A DNA stretch of 64,000 nt from Polyangiaceae bacterium (GTDB lineage Bacteria > Myxococcota_A > Polyangia > Polyangiales > Polyangiaceae), in the NCBI GenBank assembly GCA_046351475.1, contig JAXLYL010000026.1, forward strand, positions 1-64,000, given 5' to 3'. This document shows positions 19,481-28,860 of this stretch, piece after piece. Position 1 is the stretch's first letter; the number at the start of each line of letters is the position of its first letter. The translations under genes were made by a program, and so were the position numbers. The notes under the pieces were generated by a model, which searched no databases, was not told where the DNA came from, and worked only from the letters and a program-made list of their open reading frames with translations.

Positions 19481-21757
19481 TCAGTTGAAGTAGGGCTGGA
19501 TGGCCTTCTCGATGCGGACCTGGAGATCCTCCGCCTGCGCGAGGTCCGCGCCGGTCAGGGAGATCTTGCCCGCGAGGAGGGCTTCGCGCGCCTCACGGAG
19601 GACCGCGAGGGCCTCACCGCTCTGGAGCTTCTTCAGGATGTCGACGCAGACGCGACGGGTCTCGTAGGAGCGGACGCCGTCGACGTTCATGAGGTTGCCG
19701 CGGAGCTCGGCGACGATCGCGGGCGTGAGCTGCGCGTCCGTCGGAGGATCCATGGCGAAGGTCTCACGATCGGCCGCGGGGTCGATGTAGAGACGCTTCA
19801 GGGTGCGTCGCGCGACGATGTCGGCGTTCTTGCCGTAGCTCGCGTTCGCCGCGAGGATCGCCGGGTCGATGGGCGCCTTCACGGGCGCGATGGCGATTTC
19901 CCAGGCGGCGAGCTTCGTCGCCGAGTCCTTGCCCGCCCGCACGAACTGGAGGATCGGGTTCAGGGTCTTGTTCGGCGGCGAAGGGTTCCGGCCGTTGACG
20001 TAGTCGTTGACGACGCCGTTGTAGGTCGGAGCGTAGAAGTCGACGAGCGGGTTCGCACCCTTGTCGAAGCGGTTGCACTCCGGATCCTTCGCGGTGTCGG
20101 CGTCCGTGCAGAAGCCGGTGGCGTCGGGCAGCGTGTCCGAGAGGTTGTAGAGGTAGCGGATGGCCGCGATGTCGTGCGGACCGGGTCCCTCGACCGCGAT
20201 GTCGTCGACGGTGGTGAGGTAGTCCATGATCGAGGACGAGGGCGCGTTGGTGGTCGCACCGACGTTCGAGCCGCGGAAGTTGTGGCGGAGTCCGAGGTCG
20301 TGGCCGATCTCGTGGAGCACCGTGTTCTTCACGTAGCGCCAGACCTTCTCGACCTTCGTCAGAGGCTTCGCGGCGGGCGCGAGCGGGCCCGCGGTGTCGG
20401 CGCCTTCGGAGACGTCGCCGTCGCCGTCGCGGAACGCGGGAGCCCAGAGCATGCAGGGCTTCTCACCTTCCGGCATGCCGGCCCACGTGAGCTCCTGGAG
20501 CTGCGGCTTGGGCTGACGTGCGAGCGGGAGGGGACGCGCGCGCTTGCCGTCGGCCTTGTCGTCCACGAAGGACGCGTCGGCACCCGTGAGCCAGCTCGCG
20601 TTGATGTAGACGCTGGCGCCGCGGATTTCGCCCGAGGTCGGATTCGTGCGCCAGTTGGCGAACGCCGCGCCGTAGCTCGGGTCCGCGTCCCAGATGAGAT
20701 AGTTCTTGTCGTCGTCGGCGTAGGACTCGTCCGGCGTGGCGACGGACGCTTCGAAGACCTTGAAGCCGAAGACCTGGTTCCAGTCCTCGATGCCGTGCTT
20801 CAGCGCGTCCACGAGGTTGTATTGGACGTACTTCGGGTCCGCGCCCATGGCCGCAGCGTGGTGCGAGATGACCCACTTGATGGGCTGCATGCCGGGGTGG
20901 ATGTTCCACTTCACCGGGTTCTGCACCGTCTTGCCTTCGTTGGGGACGATGCGTACGTCGCTCACGAAGTAGTAGGGCTTCGGCGGGAGCGGGCGCGCCT
21001 GGAAGTCCGCGCCTTCCTGGTACTTGCGGAGCGCGATGCCGAGCGTGCCGCTCGTCTTGTACGGGTTCGACTCCGCCTTGCCGGACGCGTCCGGATCCGA
21101 GACCGTGCCGTAGCCCGAGAACACTTGCTCGTACGTGACGCCGTCCGAGATCTTGCGGAAGCGCTGCGAGAACGCGACTTCCGTGACGAAGCGGTCCTGG
21201 GTGTACGTGCTCATGACGCCGAACTTGTCGAGACCGGCGGCCGGGTCGATGAGGACGTATTGGTCCGAACCGAGCATGCGGTTGAAGGGCGCGTAGTCGG
21301 TGACGATCGGGAACGCGTCGACCACGAGGTTCGGATCGAAGGTGTCGCTCGTCTTCGTGCGATCGCTCACGTCGAAGATGAAGAGCTTGCCGTTCTGCAC
21401 CGAAAACGAGATGACCCGCGTTCCGAGGGAACGCGCGGCGCCGTAGCTGACGGCTCCGGGGAAGTACTGCTTCATGAACGCGGAGAGGAACCACTTCGAC
21501 GCGAGGTCGCTCTTGCGGATCGCGAGGTAGAAGCTCTGCTCCGCCGTGGGCGCCGCCGTGCCGAGGGGCTTCAGCGTCTCACCGTGGAGTGCGGTCTCGG
21601 CAGGAGACTCGGAGCGGTAGACGGGGACGAACGTGTCGCCGCCCTTCAACGCCACTTCGTCGGTCGGGGCCGAATCCGACGAGCAGTGCGCCGTCATGGC
21701 GCAAAGGACAACCGTTCCGAGTTGCGCGGCCATCGCCGCATACCGGGTCAAACGCAT
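19481..21757 (-). CDS. Secreted zinc-dependent metalloprotease (HEXXH)
   Basis: GGAGGC lies upstream of the ATG at 21757. The signal peptide is MRLTRYAAMAAQLGTVVLCAMTAHC. The catalytic motif is VLHEIGHDLGLRHNF...SSIMDY. The mature protein is about 735 aa. Family assignment is tentative (it resembles the DUF4953/DUF5117-type zinc metalloproteases). Confidence 0.8.
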   Translation of the reverse strand: MRLTRYAAMAAQLGTVVLCAMTAHCSSDSAPTDEVALKGGDTFVPVYRSESPAETALHGETLKPLGTAAPTAEQSFYLAIRKSDLASKWFLSAFMKQYFPGAVSYGAARSLGTRVISFSVQNGKLFIFDVSDRTKTSDTFDPNLVVDAFPIVTDYAPFNRMLGSDQYVLIDPAAGLDKFGVMSTYTQDRFVTEVAFSQRFRKISDGVTYEQVFSGYGTVSDPDASGKAESNPYKTSGTLGIALRKYQEGADFQARPLPPKPYYFVSDVRIVPNEGKTVQNPVKWNIHPGMQPIKWVISHHAAAMGADPKYVQYNLVDALKHGIEDWNQVFGFKVFEASVATPDESYADDDKNYLIWDADPSYGAAFANWRTNPTSGEIRGASVYINASWLTGADASFVDDKADGKRARPLPLARQPKPQLQELTWAGMPEGEKPCMLWAPAFRDGDGDVSEGADTAGPLAPAAKPLTKVEKVWRYVKNTVLHEIGHDLGLRHNFRGSNVGATTNAPSSSIMDYLTTVDDIAVEGPGPHDIAAIRYLYNLSDTLPDATGFCTDADTAKDPECNRFDKGANPLVDFYAPTYNGVVNDYVNGRNPSPPNKTLNPILQFVRAGKDSATKLAAWEIAIAPVKAPIDPAILAANASYGKNADIVARRTLKRLYIDPAADRETFAMDPPTDAQLTPAIVAELRGNLMNVDGVRSYETRRVCVDILKKLQSGEALAVLREAREALLAGKISLTGADLAQAEDLQVRIEKAIQPYFN

Positions 21758-22106
21758 TCGTAGCCTCCAGGACGGGACCGAACCCCAAGCTGAGAGAAGA
21801 GTCGCTGTAGGTGGGCTCGCGTAGGTGGATGTCGCACACATCCTATCCCCCACTCTCCCACGAGTGGTTCGGCGTAGTCCCAGGTGGGAATGGGGTCAAG
21901 GCGATCCACCTGTCCGACGCGGCAACGTGCGTTTCTCTGCCGCAGCGACACGGTTCGGACCGCGGTCGTTGGGACGACGTCGCGCCACTTCCGGGAGAGC
22001 GTCGCGACGCGTACAACGTCGACAGAGAATTCAGAGTGCCGTTCGTGCGGTGATCCCACTGGTCGCCGCGGGATCCGACCTTCGACGCCTGCATGGGATT
22101 TCCCAC

Positions 22107-22775
22107 ATGACGCACACCGCCACGTCCTGCTCCACGCTCCGCCGGATCGACCGTCGTACCGCTCTCGTGTTCGCGTGCGTCGTCGCGTGCGCGAGCGTCG
22201 CTTGCTCCAATTCGAAAGCGGGGTCGACGGAAACGACGGCCGACGGAGGAAGCCCCGACATCCTCCTCGAGGGATCGGTGACCGACGAGATGCAGGTCGC
22301 TTTCGAGAGCGCCATCGAACAGAAGGCGCCCGTGAAGGACACCGAACGGGGCCCGTTGCTGAACGGTCCCGCGGAAGGGAGCGTGCTCGACCCCGCATCG
22401 CCTCCGACGTTCCGTTGGAAGGTGACGGCGTCGAACGATCGCACCGACGTCGGAGGCGGCGTGCCTTCGCGCCTCGCGACGTTCCTCCGCGACGGGCTCT
22501 GGGGCGGTCTCTGGGGCGAAGGTGTCGCGCACGCGCACGGGACACCGACGACCGGATCGGTGACGTTCCTCGTGTTCTCCTTTCCGGGCGACGACAAGGC
22601 GATCCGGGTGCTCACGAGCCGGAACGAATTCACGCCGACGGCGGAGCAGCTCCAGAAGCTCGCGAAGAGCGGCCAGGACGTGACGCTCACCCTCACCGGT
22701 TTCGTGGCCGACGAAAACCGCGTGTCGGACGGACCGTTCGTGGGCAGCACGAACCGGTTCACGGTCGCACGGTGA
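22107..22775 (+). CDS. Hypothetical lipoprotein
   Basis: From the ATG at 22107 the product is MTHTATSCSTLRRIDRRTALVFACVVACASVAC, with a lipobox. Its TGA overlaps the next gene's GTG in a GTGA motif. Confidence 0.5.
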   Translation: MTHTATSCSTLRRIDRRTALVFACVVACASVACSNSKAGSTETTADGGSPDILLEGSVTDEMQVAFESAIEQKAPVKDTERGPLLNGPAEGSVLDPASPPTFRWKVTASNDRTDVGGGVPSRLATFLRDGLWGGLWGEGVAHAHGTPTTGSVTFLVFSFPGDDKAIRVLTSRNEFTPTAEQLQKLAKSGQDVTLTLTGFVADENRVSDGPFVGSTNRFTVAR

Positions 22776-24037
22776 CGCAGCGTCCGCGCGCCGCACGACG
22801 CGCCGTCGTGACCGGCGTCGTCGCGTCGATCGCGACGGCACTCGCCATCGTCACGTCGACGGCGTGCACGAGCGAGACGCCCGCGCCCACGGTGACCTAC
22901 GCGCCCTACGACGGCGTGGCCTACCCCGCCACGCGATCGCCGGTGGCGGTCCCCGAAGGTGGCGCGTTCCTCGTCACCGACAGTCGTTCGGACACCCTCT
23001 CGTTCGTGGGCGTGGCCTCCGGCGACAGGTTCGCGACGCTCCCGGTCGGTCGGGATCCGGTCACCATCGACGGCCCGCACCACGCCGCACTGGACCGTGC
23101 CGGCGGCTTCCTCTACGTGGCCCTCTCCTATCCCTCGATTTCCGGCGCCACCGGTCCGCACGCGGCCCATGCCTCGAGCATCGTGCCGGGATGGGTGCAG
23201 AAACTTTCGCTCCCGACGTTCCGTCCCGTCGGGCAGACGCGAGTCGACGCGAACCCGGGGGACATCGTCGTGTCCGAGGACGGCAAGCGCGTCGTCGTAT
23301 CCCACTTCGATCTGCCGCGCGCGCTCACGTTCACCAAGGATCCGGAGGGCGCCAAGGCGACCCTCGCGGTCATCGATCCGACGACGATGCCGGCCACGGG
23401 TTCCGGTCCGTCGACCAAGATTCCGACCTGCCTCGCGCCCCACGGCGTCGTCCTGTCGAAGCCGGACGGCGCCAAGGCGTTCGTCGCGTGTTACGGCGAG
23501 GACGCGATCGCGGTCGTCGATCTCGCCGACCCCGCGCACGCGGTCGAACGGATCGCGGTCGACGGCTCGACCTTCCGTGGGACTGTCTCGTACGGGCCCT
23601 ACGCGCTCGTGCTCTCGCCCGACGGGACGACCCTCGCCGTGAGCTCCACCGAAAGCAAGGACGTCCGGTTCTTCGACGTCGCGTCGCGCACGTTCGACGC
23701 CAGCCGCACGCTGAAGACCGAAGGGGCCCCGTACTTCACGTGGTGGTCGGAAGACGGGAAGGAACTTTTCGTGCCGACGCAGACACCGGACGCGCTCCTC
23801 CGTGTCGACACCACGGACAAGAACCGTGTCGTCGCGTCCGCGCGCTTCGATGCGCGGTGCGGCAAGCCCCACGTCGTGACGACGGACGCCACGCGGGCCT
23901 TCGTCGTGTGCGAGGGGAACTACGTGGACCCGGGAACTCTGGTCGTGCTCGACCGGACGACCCTCGCGGTGACGAAAGCGACGCCCCTCGGTGTCTACCC
24001 CGATTCGATCACGCTCCTCACGGGAGGCGCGCCGTGA
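22772..24037 (+). CDS. Beta-propeller lipoprotein (YVTN/lactonase-like repeats)
   Basis: The GTG start overlaps the upstream TGA. A lipobox is present (...ALAIVTSTAC). Repeated propeller blades occur (...GGFLYVALS..., ...DGKRVVVSHFD..., ...GAKAFVACYGEDAIAVVD..., ...DGTTLAVSSTESKDVRFFD..., ...TRAFVVCEGN...). Confidence 0.6.
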   Translation: MTQRPRAARRAVVTGVVASIATALAIVTSTACTSETPAPTVTYAPYDGVAYPATRSPVAVPEGGAFLVTDSRSDTLSFVGVASGDRFATLPVGRDPVTIDGPHHAALDRAGGFLYVALSYPSISGATGPHAAHASSIVPGWVQKLSLPTFRPVGQTRVDANPGDIVVSEDGKRVVVSHFDLPRALTFTKDPEGAKATLAVIDPTTMPATGSGPSTKIPTCLAPHGVVLSKPDGAKAFVACYGEDAIAVVDLADPAHAVERIAVDGSTFRGTVSYGPYALVLSPDGTTLAVSSTESKDVRFFDVASRTFDASRTLKTEGAPYFTWWSEDGKELFVPTQTPDALLRVDTTDKNRVVASARFDARCGKPHVVTTDATRAFVVCEGNYVDPGTLVVLDRTTLAVTKATPLGVYPDSITLLTGGAP

Positions 24038-24789
24038 GGGCCGGGCCGTTCGCGACGTCGGTCGTGGGTCTCGCCGTGGCGATCGGGTGCGGTCCGAAGG
24101 AGGCCCCCGAGGAAATCACGCGCACCGCGGTCGAACGCGGCAAGGAGGTCTTCGCGTCCCCGGCGTTCGTGAAGACGTCGAAGAACGCGTACGCGTGCGC
24201 GACGTGCCACGAGGCCGAGAGGGGCTCCGGAGGCGACACGATCTTTCCCGGCGCGCCGCTCGCGGGAGCGACGAAGCGCACCTCGTTCTGGGCGGGCGCG
24301 GAGGTCGAGTTCGTCGACGCCGTGAGCCAATGCGCCTACTGGTTCATGCTGAAGGACGGCCCCGTCGACCCGGCCGACGCCGACGCGCGCGCGCTCTGGG
24401 CGTACCTCGACTCCCTTCCCGCGGGCGACGCCGACGTCGCGCCGCAGCCGTTCACGGTCGCCTACGCCGTCGCGGACGTTCCCCGCGGGGACGCCACGCG
24501 CGGCGAGCCTCTCTACCGTCGCGCGTGTTCGAAGTGCCACGGCGCGAAGGGCACGGGCGTCGGCAAGCTCGTGCCGCGTGCGTCGACGTTGCCGGATCAA
24601 ACCATCGCCGATCACCCGTCCGACAAGTACTCCGCCCAGGACGTCCGGCTCGTCTTCGTCGAGAAGGTACGGCACGGCGGCTTCGTGGGTTACGGCGGCC
24701 AGATGCCTCCCCTCGCCCGCGAGCGGCTGTCGGATCAGGACCTGGGCGATGTCCTCGACTACCTCGGGGTGGTGGGCGGCGCTCCCTGA
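24034..24789 (+). CDS. Di-haem c-type cytochrome lipoprotein
   Basis: The GTG start overlaps the upstream TGA. The signal and lipobox are VVGLAVAIGC. Two CxxCH haem-binding motifs are present (CATCH and CSKCH), each followed by Met-containing segments. Confidence 0.75.
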   Translation: MRAGPFATSVVGLAVAIGCGPKEAPEEITRTAVERGKEVFASPAFVKTSKNAYACATCHEAERGSGGDTIFPGAPLAGATKRTSFWAGAEVEFVDAVSQCAYWFMLKDGPVDPADADARALWAYLDSLPAGDADVAPQPFTVAYAVADVPRGDATRGEPLYRRACSKCHGAKGTGVGKLVPRASTLPDQTIADHPSDKYSAQDVRLVFVEKVRHGGFVGYGGQMPPLARERLSDQDLGDVLDYLGVVGGAP

Positions 24790-27327
24790 GCGGGAGAGGG
24801 CGCGGTCGGAGGCGTCGCGGCGGTGGGGACGGGCGGTGCGGGCGCACACGTCGGCTTGTTCGGATAGAGGAGGTAGTTCTCGCGTTTCGTACGGAAGGAC
24901 GCGAGCGCGGGCGCCCAGGTCGCCTCGATCGCGGGAACCGACTTGCCCGACGCGAGCGCGTCCATGGCCTTCGCGTTGGCGAGGAGCTTCACCACGTCGG
25001 CCTGGTGCCATTCCGACGGATGCACCCGCGCGATGGCCCTGGCCAACGCGAGCCCTGCGCGCACGGGTTCGAACTTCGATCGGGACGCCACGCGGAGCGC
25101 GATGCCGTTGCAGGTCTTGCCCTTGTGCGGGTTCACGGTGGGAGTGAACGACGTCGTGGTCGCGACGACACCTTCGGGCTTCTCGGCGACGAACGCCGCG
25201 AGGACGGCGGTCGCATCCATCCAGGGGGCGCCCACGTGTTCGAACGGCGTGTCGGTACCGCGCCCCACGGACACGTTGGTTCCCTCGACGAGTCCGACGG
25301 CGGGATACAACAGCACCTCGTCGATCGTGCGGAGGTTCGGGGAAGGCTTCGTCCACGGGAGACCGGTGGCTTCGAAGTAGTCGGCACGCCGCCAACCGCG
25401 CATGCGCACCACGTCGAGCCGGGCACCGACGTGCCGATCCGCGTTCATCAAGTACGCGAGCTCGCCGAGCGTCAGTCCATGACGGACGGGCAGCGGATGG
25501 TACGCGAGAGCGGAACGTCCGGTCGTCTCGAGCAGCGGTCCCGCGACGTCGACGCCGTCGATCGGATTCGGACGATCGAGGACGACGAAGCGGAGACCGC
25601 GAGCGGCGGCGGCGTCCATGGCGTTCCGGAGCGTGGAGACGTACGTGTAGTAGCGGGTGCCGGCGTCCTGCACGTCGAACACGAGCGTGTCGAGTCCCTC
25701 GAGCGCCGAATCGGGCGGCGCGAACGCGTCGCCGTAGAGGCTCGTCACGGGGAGACCCGATCGCGGGTCCACACCGTCCTTCACGTGACCTTCCTTGTCG
25801 CCGTCGAGGCCGTGTTCGGGGGCGAAGAGACGGAGCAGGCGCACTCCCGGAGCATGGACGAGGAGATCGATGGTCCGCTCGCCGTCCTTCGCACGGCCCG
25901 AAACGTTCGTCACGAGGCCGACGTTCGCGCCCCGAAGGCGCGCGAAGTCCTCGCTCCGGAGCACGTCGATGCCCGTCTCGACGACTCCCGCGGCGTCGAC
26001 GCACGGGCCGGCGTCCCCGCGACCGCGCTCCGCGAGGGCGACACGTCCCGCGACCGTGCCCACGAGGGAAGCGAACGCGTTGACCGCGCCCTTGCCGTCC
26101 GGATGGACACGGTTCGCGAGCATGATCGCGAACGACTCCGTCTCCGGATCGATCCAGAACGACGTGCCGGTGTACCCGCCGTGACCGAACGCCCTCGGGG
26201 AGGCGGTGTCCCCGCGGTTCGCGGAGAACTTCGTCCGCACGTCCCAGCCGAGGGCGCGAACGCCGCCGACGACGTCGTGGGGAGCGATCCAGGCGTCCAC
26301 CGTCTTCTTCGAGAGGATGCGGACGCCCCGGTACGCGCCGCCACCGAGGATCATGCGCGCGAACCGGGAGAGGTCCGAAGCCGTCGCGAAGAGCCCCGCG
26401 TTGCCCGCCACGCCTCCCAGAAGGTACGCCCGAGGGTCGTGGACGAGCCCACGCGCCCAGTCTCCCTCGCGCCATTCCGTGGGAGCGATGCGGGGCTTGA
26501 GGAGCGCGGAGGGTCGGAACCCCGTGTCCGCCATGCCGAGGGGCTCGAACACTTCGCGTCGCACGAAGGCCGCGAGGTCGTCGCCCGAGACACGCCGCAC
26601 GATCTCCTCGGCGAGGATGAAGCCGACGTCCGAGTACACGAATTCGGATCCCGGCTCCCGCGCCAGTCCGCGGGCGAGGATTCGGGCGAGGGCGTTCGCC
26701 CGCCCGGACGCGTAGTCCTTCTTCGGCGTCTCGATCGGGAGGCCCGCCGTGTGGGTCATGAGCTGACGCAACGTGAAGGGCTTCACGCGGTTCCACTCGG
26801 GGAGGACGTCGGAGACGGGCGCGTCGAGGTCGAGCTTGCCGCGATCGACGAGCACCATGATCGCCGTCGACGTCGCGACCGGTTTCGTGATCGAGGCGAG
26901 ATCGAAGATCGTGTCGACCGTCATGGCCTCGCGGGTCGGCACGAGGGATCGCATGCCGTAGGCCTTCCGGAAGAGCACCGTGTCCTTGCTGCCGACCACG
27001 ACCACCGCGCCGGGGAACTTCCGGTCGCGCACGGCATCCCGTGCGGCCGCGTCGATCTCGGCGAACCGGGCGTCGTCCACGGTCGCGAGACCGTCGTCCA
27101 CCGGTTCGGCCAAAGGACCCGTGATCGAAGGTCCGGCGTCCGGGAAGTCGGCTTCCGGGAGCACCGCGACCGGGACTTCGGGCGACGCCCCGGGAGGAGC
27201 GACGGGAGGGGGCACGTCGTGGGGAGGACGGGCGACGCTGCAGGCGGCCGCGAGGAGGACGACTCCGCTCGCGAGGAGGCGGCCCCGCCGAGCCCCACGC
27301 TCTCCGATCCCGCGATCACGCGCCATG
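24759..27327 (-). CDS. Fusion lipoprotein: serine beta-lactamase-fold hydrolase plus C-terminal DUF1343 (NamZ-like exo-beta-N-acetylmuramidase) domain
   Basis: From the ATG at 27327 the product is MARDRGIGERGARRGRLLASGVVLLAAAC, with a lipobox. The SxxK motif is LASITKPV, followed by the YSDV... and HGGYTGTSFWIDP motifs of a class C / PBP4-like fold. The C-terminal half (DUF1343-like) has the conserved segments ...VGLVTNVSGR... and ...VFDVQDAGTRYYTYV... The upstream portion of track ORF 24759..28280 is not used. Confidence 0.8.
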
Positions 27328-27422
27328 CCGGCAAGCGTAGCAAGGAGCTCCCCGGGCGGTACACGACGGCCCGGCACGCCCTCGCCCCTTCCGCATTCCT
27401 CCGCGTGCGCTACTCTCCATCC

Positions 27423-27773
27423 ATGGCCGACGGCACGTTCTCCCGACCCCGCACGTTCGACGACTACCTCCGCTCGTACCGGGACGATCACCAGCATCCG
27501 GTGAACCGGCTCTGCCACATGATCGGGGTGCCGATGATCGTGGCGTCGCTGCCGCTCATTCCGACGGTCCCCCCGGTGGGCGTCTCGCTCTTCGGCGTGG
27601 GGTGGGGGTTCCAGTTCGTCGGACATGCCTTCGAAGGAAAGAAGCCGTCCTTCGCGCGGGACCTCCGGTACCTCGCCATCGGTCCCGTGTGGGCCGCCAT
27701 CGAGTGGACGGAGCTCGTCACGGGCAAGAAGTTCTACGAGCTGCCCGAGACCGAGCCGAAGCCCACGTTCTGA
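27423..27773 (+). CDS. DUF962 (Mpo1-like) family small membrane protein
   Basis: The 116-aa product starts MADGTFSRPRTFDDYLRSYRDDHQHPVNRLCHMIGVPMIV... and carries ...GWGFQFVGHAFEGKKPSF... The conserved His residues and hydrophobic core are typical of DUF962. Confidence 0.6.
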   Translation: MADGTFSRPRTFDDYLRSYRDDHQHPVNRLCHMIGVPMIVASLPLIPTVPPVGVSLFGVGWGFQFVGHAFEGKKPSFARDLRYLAIGPVWAAIEWTELVTGKKFYELPETEPKPTF

Positions 27774-27942
27774 TCGGTTCCGAGCGGACCCGACACCGAG
27801 CCGCCTCGGACTCAGAGCGACGAGCGTCTCGAAGGCGGCTCCATCGCGACTTCCGTGGACGGGGGCGTTCGGATATCCTCGGGGCCCCGTGTCCTCGAAC
27901 GTCTCCGCTGCCGTGACCATCGATCCGGCGCTCGTCTCCGCC

Positions 27943-28842
27943 ATGCTCTCGCGACGCATCCTGCTCGTGACGGGCAAGGGGGGCGTGGGGAAGACCGCCG
28001 TCGCCGGTGCCTTGGCCCTGGCCGCACGGGACGCGGGCAAGCGCGTGCTCGCCGCCGAGATCGCGTCGGAGGACTCGGCACCTTCGCCGCTGGCGCACGC
28101 ACTCGGTGCCGCGGCGTCCGACGACGATCCCATCGAGGTCGCGCCGGGCGTGAAGACCGTCCGTATCGTCCCGACCATGGGGCACCACGAGTTCCTCCGC
28201 GACACCATGCCCATGCGTTGGATGGCGGACGCCGCCATGAAGTCGGCCGCGATCCGTCGCTTCCTCGTGGCGGCGCCCACGCTCTCGGAGATGGGCGTCC
28301 TCTACCGTCTGCTCGACCTGACGCGCGCGCGGCATCGCGAAGGCGGCTACGAACACGAGATCATCGTCGTCGATCTCCCCGCGACCGGCCACGCCCTCGC
28401 CCTCACGCAACTTCCCGAAGCGATGTTGCGCATCATCCCCGGTGGCCCCATCGTCGCGGCCGTGAAGGAGGGCCTGGCACTGGTCACCGATCCGGAGGTC
28501 GCCATGGCGGTGGTGGTCGCTCTCCCCGAGACGCTTCCCGTCAGCGAGGCCATCGAACTCTCGCGTGGCTTGATGAAACACAACGTGCCGTTCGGGTGCC
28601 TCGCCTTGAACCGCGTTCCTCCGAATCCGTTCTCGGAGGAGGAGCGGGCACACGTGGAGCGACTCGTGGAAGGCAAGGGCGACGTCCTCGGCCTCCGTTC
28701 CGTACGACGCATCGACCGCGCGCGTGCGGCGACGGCGCGCATCCACGCCGAGCTGGGGCGCCCCCTCCTCGCCCTTCCCGACCTCGCGGTGCGTGCCGCG
28801 AAGGTCTCGGAGGGGCTCGCCTCCGTCCTCCGCGCGACATGA
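27943..28842 (+). CDS. ArsA/Get3-family P-loop ATPase (paralogue 1)
   Basis: The product starts MLSRRILLVTGKGGVGKTAVAGALA (deviant Walker A), and carries ...IIVVDLPATGHAL... (the ArsA switch-like DxPxxGH motif). An upstream GTG near 27889 is an alternative start. Confidence 0.75.
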   Translation: MLSRRILLVTGKGGVGKTAVAGALALAARDAGKRVLAAEIASEDSAPSPLAHALGAAASDDDPIEVAPGVKTVRIVPTMGHHEFLRDTMPMRWMADAAMKSAAIRRFLVAAPTLSEMGVLYRLLDLTRARHREGGYEHEIIVVDLPATGHALALTQLPEAMLRIIPGGPIVAAVKEGLALVTDPEVAMAVVVALPETLPVSEAIELSRGLMKHNVPFGCLALNRVPPNPFSEEERAHVERLVEGKGDVLGLRSVRRIDRARAATARIHAELGRPLLALPDLAVRAAKVSEGLASVLRAT

Positions 28843-28860
28843 GTCCTTCGTGAGCCAGCC

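Noticed and set aside
19427-21763. 778-aa plus-strand ORF opposite the metalloprotease
   Set aside because: The translation is an Arg/Gly/Val repeat typical of a GC3-driven antisense frame. The minus strand carries the HEXXH protease with signal peptide and RBS.
23991-27773. 1260-aa plus-strand ORF and minus ORF 23995..26796
   Set aside because: Only the last 116 codons of the plus ORF (27423..27773, DUF962) look real. The remainder is antisense to the beta-lactamase/DUF1343 gene. The ORF at 23995..26796 is an out-of-frame artefact.
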